From assembly GCA_963807145.1 (NCBI GenBank), contig CAWEBA010000025.1, positions 39,922-103,921 of the forward strand: a stretch of 64,000 nt of DNA. The letters run 5' to 3'. Position numbers and translations under genes: made by a program. The notes beneath the pieces are model-generated. The model made no database searches. It was not told the origin of the DNA and saw nothing but the letters and a program-made list of their open reading frames with translations. Below, piece after piece: positions 55,135-62,963 of this stretch (its first letter is position 1; each line of letters begins with the position of its first letter). Source of the stretch: an uncultured Acidobacteriaceae bacterium. GTDB lineage: Bacteria > Acidobacteriota > Terriglobia > Terriglobales > Acidobacteriaceae.

Positions 55135-57714
55135 TTATCCCGCTCGTCGCTGCGCCGCTGGCGCAGCAGCTGCGGCTCGGCTTACCGGCCTTCGAGCTCC
55201 GGTCTCAGCCAATTCCCAACCCATCATTTCGAAATACACCCGCTCGATCTCCCGAGCAATCTGCGCCCACTGATAATGTTCCCGGATGCGTTGTTTCGCA
55301 GCCTGTCCCGCGGCCTCGCGCACCGCCGGATTCGCAATCAGAAATCGCAGCCGGTCCGCCAGGTCCGCGGCGTCGCCGCGCCGGAACGTGAATCCCGCAT
55401 CCTCCACGGCTTCCCGATTTTCCGCCACATCGCTGCTGAGCACGCAAAGCCCGGCGCCCATCGCATCCAGCAGAGCCAGCGACAGCCCTTCCAGATCGGA
55501 TGGCAGAACGAACATCATCGCATTAGTCAGCAACTCGTCGAGAGCCAAACCCGACACCCATTCCAGAATTTTGATCCGCTCGCCCGCGTGACTCTGCAAC
55601 TCTCGCGAGTAATTGTCGCAGTAGCTCGACCCACCGGCCATGACGAGCTTCACGTCAGTGTCCAACTTCTCATATGCCTCCACCAGAAGATGGCATCCCT
55701 TTTCCGGCGAGAACCTGCCCAGGAAGAGAATGTATCTTCCCGGCTCCAGTCCCCACTCAAAAATCTTGTCAGGCACTCGCCACTCCCGGAGCACGCCACC
55801 ATTCGGCACGTAAGAAGTTTTTGTTCCATAGCCCACTTGATAGTGCTTCTGCAAGGCTTGCGAGACCACCATCGTGTGACTGGGCAACCTCACCGCCGCC
55901 CGCTCTCCCAGCCGCAGGACAGTCGACGCAAAGCGCCCCCATTTCTTCCGCTGCCAGTCGAGCCCCTGCACCGTGACCACGGTTTTTTTACCTGCCAGCC
56001 GCGGAATAAATGAAAACAGCGCAGGCCCCAGCGCATGGTAGTGAACTACATCACAAGGCTGCGCCAGAACATGGAGCGTGCTCAGAAACGTATGCACCAG
56101 AGTTTCCAGATGCTTGGATCGGATCGTGGGCAGCCGCACCAACTGCATGCCGTTGCGTCGCGTCCCCGGCGGCGTGAAGTAGCTCCGGCAATATGCTGTC
56201 ACCTGGTGTCCCATCCCGGTCAGTCGTTGTCCAATCTCTTCGTAATAGGTTTCAATGCCGCTGTACTTCGAGACCACGCCCCGCCCGCCAATGAATGCCA
56301 CGCGGATCATACGCTTCTCAAAGCTGGGCAGGGGAATATCAACTACATCGCCGCCCACAGCTGGATTAAAGACGAGGCGTTGCAGCGGAACGAAGCCGCT
56401 TCTTTCCGGCCGCGGCGTCCAATGGCGTGGCCTTAGCTTCACCAGGGATGTCTTTCGAGCCCTCCTCAGCGTCGTCGCTCCGACCGATTGTTTTTTCGCA
56501 TCAATCACGCGCTCATACAATCCAACCAGCGCCTCGTAGTGACTCTCCGGCGTATATCCTCGCCGCACACGCTCCCAGCCTGCCCGTCCCATTTGATCCG
56601 CCAGTTCCGGCTGCGAGCTGAGAAACCGGATGGCTGACGCCAGTTGCTCCACATCACCGGTCCGGTACAAGAGCCCTGTCTTCCCGGCCTGCACCAGTTC
56701 TCGCCGCGAACCCAGGTCGGTGGCCACGACGGCCCGAGCCTGCGCATAAGATTCCAGAATCGTCTTGCCCAACGTTTCATAGGCGTGCGACGGCAGCACG
56801 GTGAAGCGCGAGCCAGCAATCGCGTGCTGCAGTTCTGCTCCCCGCACGTGACCGGCGAACTCCACGTTGCCCAATCCCAACTCGTCGGACAGTTGCTGCA
56901 AATGGCCGCGCTCCGGTCCATCCCCCGCGATCACCAGCCGAAGATGTGGCAGTTGCTGCATGGCGCGCAGCAAGTCGTCTACACCCTTTTCCGCCGACAG
57001 TCGTCCGAAATAAAGCAGCGGAGCGTTCTCCGCGGCACGCTCCGTCACCGCCCTGACCGGCTGAAAATGGGGAAGCACCTCGAACCTCCCCGGATCCCAT
57101 CCGTGCTCGACAAACTTATCCCGCACAAATTGGCTGGGCGCAAGAAAGCGGTCTACGCATTTTTCGTACGTTCCCACCCATTTATGCAGGTAGGCCTCTG
57201 CCACCAGAGTTATCCGAGCGCCCCATCCCGGATAACATTTTTCCTTCAACGCGTGCCAGAATTCGCCGCCCTTGCACGCCTCGCAAGCGTCACCTCGCAG
57301 CACCAGGTTGTAGCTTGCACACAACACCTTGAAGTCGTTCAAGTGGTAGACGACCGGAACCCTCTGCGCCTTCAACTCCCACAAGATCGATGGCGACAAA
57401 TGGTGATAAATATTCCGCACGTGCGCGACATCCGGCCGAAAATCCGCGATCATCATCCGAATCCGCCGCCGAGCCTCACGCGAATAAACCGCACGCCCTG
57501 CCAGACTCACCTTCTCGAACCAGCCATTGCGCTGCTTGAAATCGACGTGGGTCATGAAGTGGCGATCATATGGCGTAGGCCTGCCTCGCGGATCGGCCAT
57601 GGAAAATAGCGCCACCTCGTGTCCCCTGGATCGCAGTAGTTCCATAGCTTCGAACAGGTAGACCTCGGTGCCACTGAAGGGATAGTTATATTTGTTGCAA
57701 AACAAGATTCTCAC
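55135..57714 (-). CDS. Fused double glycosyltransferase (GT4 + DUF1972-type GT4)
   Basis: There are two complete GT-B units. N-terminal unit: MRILFCNKYNYPFSGTEVYLFEAMELLRSRGHEV ... ETLGKTILESYA. C-terminal unit: IRVAFIGGRGVVSKYSGIETYYEEIGQRLTGMGHQVTAYC (a DUF1972-like start, as in RgpA-type rhamnosyltransferases) ... EGLSLALLDAMGAG. They are joined by a linker of about 50 aa. Confidence 0.8.
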   Translation of the reverse strand: MRILFCNKYNYPFSGTEVYLFEAMELLRSRGHEVALFSMADPRGRPTPYDRHFMTHVDFKQRNGWFEKVSLAGRAVYSREARRRIRMMIADFRPDVAHVRNIYHHLSPSILWELKAQRVPVVYHLNDFKVLCASYNLVLRGDACEACKGGEFWHALKEKCYPGWGARITLVAEAYLHKWVGTYEKCVDRFLAPSQFVRDKFVEHGWDPGRFEVLPHFQPVRAVTERAAENAPLLYFGRLSAEKGVDDLLRAMQQLPHLRLVIAGDGPERGHLQQLSDELGLGNVEFAGHVRGAELQHAIAGSRFTVLPSHAYETLGKTILESYAQARAVVATDLGSRRELVQAGKTGLLYRTGDVEQLASAIRFLSSQPELADQMGRAGWERVRRGYTPESHYEALVGLYERVIDAKKQSVGATTLRRARKTSLVKLRPRHWTPRPERSGFVPLQRLVFNPAVGGDVVDIPLPSFEKRMIRVAFIGGRGVVSKYSGIETYYEEIGQRLTGMGHQVTAYCRSYFTPPGTRRNGMQLVRLPTIRSKHLETLVHTFLSTLHVLAQPCDVVHYHALGPALFSFIPRLAGKKTVVTVQGLDWQRKKWGRFASTVLRLGERAAVRLPSHTMVVSQALQKHYQVGYGTKTSYVPNGGVLREWRVPDKIFEWGLEPGRYILFLGRFSPEKGCHLLVEAYEKLDTDVKLVMAGGSSYCDNYSRELQSHAGERIKILEWVSGLALDELLTNAMMFVLPSDLEGLSLALLDAMGAGLCVLSSDVAENREAVEDAGFTFRRGDAADLADRLRFLIANPAVREAAGQAAKQRIREHYQWAQIAREIERVYFEMMGWELAETGARRPVSRAAAAAPAAQRRAG

Positions 57715-59023
57715 GAGGCGCGCTCCTGTCTTGAGTCACAAAATTTTGGGTTACAGAGTCCTGGGTTGGCGGGAAATCCGGCGGAGCGATCCTCTGCAGG
57801 AACCAGCTGCCAAATCGAGTTAGATTTTTTCCGCGACTGAAGTTGTGAACCACCTGCATCTGTGCGGCATGCCTGACCCAGTCCAGCCGGCTCACGGCTG
57901 AGCGATCCTCACGGCACATGGATCTCTCGAGGAGGAGAATCTTGGACACGAAATCCTGCAGTGCTCCCGGCGCATAGAGAAAACCGGTTTTTCCGGGAAT
58001 GACAATCTCCGGGATCCCGGTGATGGCCGGCGCGAGAACGATCCTGCCCCGCGCCATTGCCTCCATCAGCACCAGAGGAATCCCCTCACTTCGGCTGGTG
58101 AGCACAGCCACGTCGGCGCGCCCGTACAGAGCCTCCAGTTGTCTGTGTCCAACGTGGCCGAGCAGCTTGAGCTGTTCTTGCAACCGGTTTTTCCGAATCA
58201 AACACTCCAGGCGTTGCCGCTCCGGTCCTTCCCCTGCAATCCAACACTCAAAATCGAGTCCACCATCGCGCAGCCGAGCGCAGGCGCGGACCAGAAAGGC
58301 GTGATCCTTTACCACATCCAGTCGTCCCACAGCCAGCAAGGTGAAGATGCGGCGTGTGCCGCGAGCAACCCTCCGCGATTCCCCGCGCTCCGGCACGTCC
58401 ACACCCAGGCGCGACACGATGATTTTGTGCGGGTCCACTGCCGGAAAGTTTTTCAAAATGTGGCGCCGGTTGTACTCCGAAATCGTCATGCAGAACCGGC
58501 AATCCTTCAGCTTCACGTCGAGATAAGCGCCGTTGATCAGCAGGTCTGACCCATGCAGCGTCATGCTGAAGTTCACTCCCAGCAACCGCGCCGCCACCAT
58601 TCCGATCCACGACCCGAAATAGCCGTGATGCACGTGGATGTGATCCACCCCGCGATCCATCTCTCGATCTCGGAGCAGCACGGCGTAATACGCCCCCAGA
58701 CAGGTATGCAACAGGGCTTTCAGACGCTGCTTCGGCGATTCCTTCCCCCGCAGCAGCACCCGGGCCATCAGGCTGGCAATCCGTTCCCAACGTCGGACGG
58801 TTAGCCCCAGCGCCCGCAGCAGAGTCACAACTCGAACTGGTTGCAGGCGCAGAATTTCCGGGTCCAAAGCCGCATTCCGGGACGCGCGCTGCGTCGCATC
58901 CAGCCTGCGCACGCTGCCCGGAATAACCCGAACTCCCCGCCGCCGCAGTTCCTGGATTTCCTCGCCCACATAGGGCTCCACGTCCGCAGGAAATTGATTG
59001 GCGAGATAGGCAACCGTCAACAC
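57686..59023 (-). CDS. Glycosyltransferase family 4 (WcaL-like)
   Basis: VAYLANQFPADVEPYVGEEIQELRRRGVRV resembles WcaL-type N-termini. The C-terminal part has EGIPLVLMEAMARG and IPGKTGFLY. GTG 59023 is proposed because the ATG 59143 extension would overlap the upstream gene. Confidence 0.7.
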   Translation of the reverse strand: MLTVAYLANQFPADVEPYVGEEIQELRRRGVRVIPGSVRRLDATQRASRNAALDPEILRLQPVRVVTLLRALGLTVRRWERIASLMARVLLRGKESPKQRLKALLHTCLGAYYAVLLRDREMDRGVDHIHVHHGYFGSWIGMVAARLLGVNFSMTLHGSDLLINGAYLDVKLKDCRFCMTISEYNRRHILKNFPAVDPHKIIVSRLGVDVPERGESRRVARGTRRIFTLLAVGRLDVVKDHAFLVRACARLRDGGLDFECWIAGEGPERQRLECLIRKNRLQEQLKLLGHVGHRQLEALYGRADVAVLTSRSEGIPLVLMEAMARGRIVLAPAITGIPEIVIPGKTGFLYAPGALQDFVSKILLLERSMCREDRSAVSRLDWVRHAAQMQVVHNFSRGKNLTRFGSWFLQRIAPPDFPPTQDSVTQNFVTQDRSAPRENLVLQQI

Positions 59024-59111
59024 GGAATCCAGATTTGCAGGAAGAAGATGAGGTAGCTGCAGAATTAAGAGTTGGAGAATTGGATCGAACCAGATCTGTG
59101 CGCAACCAGAT

Positions 59112-60476
59112 CTAAGCGGCGGACCCGCGAACGCCCCCGGCAAACAGACTCGGTCTGGGTAATTCGTTGGCGGCGCGCCGCTGCTGCGCCGCCAGCATTC
59201 CCGCCATCGAAAACAAAAGCCCGTTCACGAACTGGTAATTCATCACCACCAGAGCCGCATTCACCCAATAGATGCCAAGCATCACCGGCCACATCGCATG
59301 AAACTGCCGATTCAGAAAACCCCCGCGCTCAGCCCAAGGAACCCGTCCCCGTGCCAGCCGCCAAAGCTCCCACATCAGCCACGCATAAAGCGCTAAACCG
59401 AAGACGCCATGCTCCACCAGCAGCTCCAAATATGTATTGTGCGGATACAACTCCTTCTCCTTGTAGCCGCTCACGTGCCGCGCCAACTCGGAAGGCATTT
59501 GATTGATACCCCATCCGGTGAGCGGTTTCTCCAGGAACATCTCCCACCCTGCGGTATAAACCGCGCGTCGGAAATCAATCGGTCCCGATTCCTTGAGCCG
59601 CTCCGTGAGCGCCCGGCGCTGATCATCAAAGCTCAACTCGACAAGCAAGCCCAGAGTTCCGACCATAGCCACCCCGACGCAGATAAGCCGCAGCCTCCGG
59701 TTGTGTGCGCGAAAAATCAAAACCACCACGCTGACCGCAAATGACAGCCATACCGCCCGCGTCATCGTAGCCAAAATCGCCACCGGTAAACCCGCCAGCA
59801 GCACAGCGGCTTTCACTCCCCGTATTCTTCCGCGCAAAAAAGCATGCAGAGCCAGCACCCCAAGCAGGTTCAAAGACACCCCGTTTGCCACCGCCTGCAG
59901 CAACGGTCCGCGCGCCCGGTCAACGTGATAACCCAAACTCTCATCCAAAATGAAGCGCGGAAAGATCAGTGACTTCGCGCCCACCAAGAACGCGATCGCC
60001 GTGAAACAGAGATAAGCCAGCACCGCCAGGGAAAACATCTCGAACTGCCGCAACCGGTGCTCTTCCCGAAACACCAGCCCCGCCAAATGAAACAGTGCGA
60101 ACGGCACAATAAATTTTGCCGCTAGCAAGCACCAGGTCTCATTGTCGAACGGTTGTGCAATCACGCTCGCCACCGCCAGAAGCGTTAACCCAATCATCGG
60201 CCACGTCGCCCGCTCCACCACCACCAGCCGATCCCGCGTAACGACCGCCCGCAGCACGACCCCCACCACCAACAGCGCGAATGCGACGCGATCGATCTCG
60301 TAGAAAGGAACATCCGGATGCCGCAATAGCATCGCCGTCAGCGCCATAAGAAACAGCGCAGTCGGCGCCCCCACCATCGCTTGCAGCGGACGCAACCCCA
60401 ATCCCAGACCGCCCCAGGCAGCCTCATTCGCCCACGCCACCGGCGACCGCATCCTCCCTGCACTCGGCGACGTCAT
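59112..60476 (-). CDS. O-antigen ligase / Wzy_C-family polytopic membrane protein (candidate polymerase of this cluster)
   Basis: About 11 TM helices with the characteristic loop (...YPHNTYLELLVEHGVFGLALYAWL...). The ATG overlaps the upstream stop (ATGA). Confidence 0.65.
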   Translation of the reverse strand: MTSPSAGRMRSPVAWANEAAWGGLGLGLRPLQAMVGAPTALFLMALTAMLLRHPDVPFYEIDRVAFALLVVGVVLRAVVTRDRLVVVERATWPMIGLTLLAVASVIAQPFDNETWCLLAAKFIVPFALFHLAGLVFREEHRLRQFEMFSLAVLAYLCFTAIAFLVGAKSLIFPRFILDESLGYHVDRARGPLLQAVANGVSLNLLGVLALHAFLRGRIRGVKAAVLLAGLPVAILATMTRAVWLSFAVSVVVLIFRAHNRRLRLICVGVAMVGTLGLLVELSFDDQRRALTERLKESGPIDFRRAVYTAGWEMFLEKPLTGWGINQMPSELARHVSGYKEKELYPHNTYLELLVEHGVFGLALYAWLMWELWRLARGRVPWAERGGFLNRQFHAMWPVMLGIYWVNAALVVMNYQFVNGLLFSMAGMLAAQQRRAANELPRPSLFAGGVRGSAA

Positions 60477-61627
60477 TCCCCGCTCCCTCGCAGCACCACC
60501 GCCGCCGTCTTCAGCAGAATCCGCAAATCCATCCCCAGGCTCCAGCGCCGGATGTACTCAATATCCAGCTTCATCCCCGCCTGAAAAGACGGGTCCCGCC
60601 GCGCCGTCACCTGCCAAAGTCCCGTCATCCCCGGCATCACATCGAGCCGCGGCAAGTGCTCAATCGCATAGCCGGAAAAATCGTCCAGGGGATGCGGTCG
60701 CGGCCCCACCAGGCTCATCTCCCCGCGCAGCACATTCCACAGCTGCGGAAGTTCGTCCAGGCTGTAGCGCCGCAGCCATCGTCCCACCCGCGTAATTCGT
60801 GGATCGTCGGTGATTTTGAAAAATGGTCCCTGCCTCTGATTTCGCTCCCGCAGTTTTTCTTTGAGACCATCCGCATCTCTCACCATGGTGCGAAACTTGT
60901 AGCAGCGAAACGCTCTTCCTTTGCGCCCCGCGCGCAGCGCAGCGTAAAGCGCCGGCCCCTGCGAATCCAATCGCACGAGAATCCCGAGCACCACTAGCAC
61001 TGGCCCCAGCAGAATCAGTGCCAGCCCCGCACCCACCATATCCAGCGCGCGTTTCAGCAGCAATCCAGCCACTGGCAAGGGCTCCTCGTGCAGGGAAATC
61101 AACGGCATGTCTCCAATCCGTTCCGTTTCCCGCATCGGTTCGCACCCGAACAGATCCGGCGCCATCTTCACGTCCAGCCGCAGTTGCTGAGCCGTGCGCA
61201 GTACGCGCAGCGTCAACTCCCGGTCATGCGGTGCGGCGAGAATCACTTCATCCACGAATGCCGTGCGCGCCAGTTCCGCCAAGTCCGTCGTCCGTCCCAT
61301 GACTCTTTTTCCTGGCAGCTTCCGGTCGTCGAGAAAACCGCAAACCGACCGCCCCATCTCTGGATGCTTCTCCAAATAATTCGCGATCCGTTGACCCAGT
61401 CCGCCCGCTCCCACAATCAGAACATTTCGCGCGCTGCCCCTCGCCCGCACCTCCCGCTGCGGTTTCTTCCGGACGCCGCCCCATGCCGCTCCTGGAATCA
61501 ACCGCGCAGCCCACTCGGTTCCCTGAGGTTTTTGCTGACCTTGATGTAGAAAAGGAGAAGACACTTCAGACCAGTTCCAACTCGTACCCCTTGATCTCAA
61601 TCGCCAGCGAGCGCTGGATCGATTCAA
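60473..61627 (-). CDS. Polyprenyl-phosphate sugar-1-phosphate transferase (Rossmann + catalytic domain, motifs intact, no N-terminal TM bundle)
   Basis: NVLIVGAGGLGQRIANYL, the re-entrant helix ALDMVGAGLALILLGPVLVVLGILV, YKFRTM, YSLDELPQLWNVLRGEMSLVGPRPH and PGMTGLWQV. Start uncertain: ATG 61627 overlaps the NusG-like gene by 62 nt, and GTG 61450 is an alternative. Confidence 0.85.
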   Translation of the reverse strand: MNRSSARWRLRSRGTSWNWSEVSSPFLHQGQQKPQGTEWAARLIPGAAWGGVRKKPQREVRARGSARNVLIVGAGGLGQRIANYLEKHPEMGRSVCGFLDDRKLPGKRVMGRTTDLAELARTAFVDEVILAAPHDRELTLRVLRTAQQLRLDVKMAPDLFGCEPMRETERIGDMPLISLHEEPLPVAGLLLKRALDMVGAGLALILLGPVLVVLGILVRLDSQGPALYAALRAGRKGRAFRCYKFRTMVRDADGLKEKLRERNQRQGPFFKITDDPRITRVGRWLRRYSLDELPQLWNVLRGEMSLVGPRPHPLDDFSGYAIEHLPRLDVMPGMTGLWQVTARRDPSFQAGMKLDIEYIRRWSLGMDLRILLKTAAVVLRGSGE

Positions 61628-62135
61628 TCGAGATCACCAACTTTCCCTCTTCGTGCTGCACCAGCACGCCTTCCAACCCCTGCAGACAACCACCCCGGAT
61701 CCGCACTCGCTGTCCCGTGTGCACGAAAGGATGCAGGGCAAACAGTCCCTTCCCTTGCAACAGCAATTGCAGGTCTTCAATCTGCTTTACCGGTACCGCC
61801 GCCACGATCCCGCCAAAGCTCACGAAGCCGATCAGTCCGGCAGTTTGCAACACCGCCTGCCGCGCAACTTGAGACTGATCAATATGCACGAACGCATAAC
61901 CCGGAAACAGAGGAACCGTTACCACCTTCTGCCGGTCGCTCCAGGTGTGATTTTCGGTCAACAATGGCAGGTAGACTTCGCAGCTTTTGTAGTTGAGCTG
62001 GGCGACCACTCGCTTCTCGAAACGGTACCGGGTCTGCACCGCAAACCACTGTGCCGCCGCTACCACCGCCGTTAGCGGCCGCGCATCCATCGAGTCGGCC
62101 AGGCTTGCGGCGGGGACTCCATAGCTACCGCTCAT
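61566..62135 (-). CDS. NusG-paralogue transcription antiterminator (UpxY/RfaH-like)
   Basis: The NGN domain is WFAVQTRYRFEKRVVAQL...VYLPLL...VTVPLFPGYAFVHI. The KOW-like C-terminus is GQRVRIRGGCLQGLEGVLV. Start is 62135 or 62090. Confidence 0.75.
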   Translation of the reverse strand: MSGSYGVPAASLADSMDARPLTAVVAAAQWFAVQTRYRFEKRVVAQLNYKSCEVYLPLLTENHTWSDRQKVVTVPLFPGYAFVHIDQSQVARQAVLQTAGLIGFVSFGGIVAAVPVKQIEDLQLLLQGKGLFALHPFVHTGQRVRIRGGCLQGLEGVLVQHEEGKLVISIESIQRSLAIEIKGYELELV

Positions 62136-62254
62136 TGAGTCCCACAGCCTATTCTTGGTTTTTTTGGCACTGCGTCTTTCAGCTCTTGGCCACGCCACAG
62201 TACTTGCGGCAAGCAACCGTTACTGGTTCGAACAACTTTCCCGTTGCCGCGTCC

Positions 62255-62953
62255 CTACAAGCGGCGATAAATTCGCTCTGGAACCGGAAATCTTCTCTCT
62301 CGCAACACCGTTCCCAGGATTCGCGATTGCGCTGCTTCCAAAGTTTCCTTGATCTTGCGCGCAGTCGCTCTCCGCGTGTTATGAGCCCCAAGCACCAGGA
62401 TGATTCCATCCGTGAGCTGCCCCAGCAATGCAGCCTCGCTCGATATCCCCGCCGCAGGCCCTTCGATGACGGCATACTCGAACTCTTTTCGCAGCTCCGC
62501 GAGGCGCGAAATCCAGAAGCGTCCCGTCCCTGATTCCTCGCTGCATTCGCGCAGCCCGAACCCAGGCACTTGCCACAAGTTGACCGCCGTCTGCCTGGAC
62601 CACGATTTGATCGCAGCTCCACCTCTGCACCAGGACGCCAACTCCGCCGGCATCTCCCGCCCCACGACGGCGATATGCGCACTCGTCTCCAGCGCCAAAG
62701 CCTGTCCTACCTGCTCGCAGAGACCGGCCACATCCGTATGCGGCTCCGCCCCGCTGAACACCGCCTGAGTTACAGGCCGGCCCCCGCTGGCAAAAAACAC
62801 ACGCTGCACCAAGCCACGGATCTGTTCGCGTGCGAAATCTTCCGGATTCCAAACCTCCGGTTCACGAAAGACCTCAACCTGCCGCAGTGCGGACTCCTGC
62901 ACCGCTGACCCAATAAAATCGTCACTTCGCAGCACATCCGCATTAGCGCTCAT
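62255..62953 (-). CDS. BY-kinase (CapB/Wzc C-terminal)-like protein lacking Walker A, A' and B motifs
   Basis: AREQIRGLVQRVFF and FEYAVIEGPAAGISSEAALLGQLTDGIILVLGAHNTRRATARKIKETLEAAQSRILGTVL follow the BY-kinase/ParA-like layout. The P-loop position reads VFSGAEPHTDVAG (no GK[ST]), the DxD position reads VVGRE, and Walker B Asp is Glu. There is no C-terminal Tyr cluster. A good SD (AGGAGA) lies 5 nt before the ATG. Confidence 0.5.
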   Translation of the reverse strand: MSANADVLRSDDFIGSAVQESALRQVEVFREPEVWNPEDFAREQIRGLVQRVFFASGGRPVTQAVFSGAEPHTDVAGLCEQVGQALALETSAHIAVVGREMPAELASWCRGGAAIKSWSRQTAVNLWQVPGFGLRECSEESGTGRFWISRLAELRKEFEYAVIEGPAAGISSEAALLGQLTDGIILVLGAHNTRRATARKIKETLEAAQSRILGTVLRERRFPVPERIYRRL

Positions 62954-62963
62954 CTCATCTCCT

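Noticed and set aside
54427-56013. 528-aa plus-strand ORF
   Set aside because: It is antisense to rfbB and the fused glycosyltransferase. It is Arg/His/Pro-rich with no motif.
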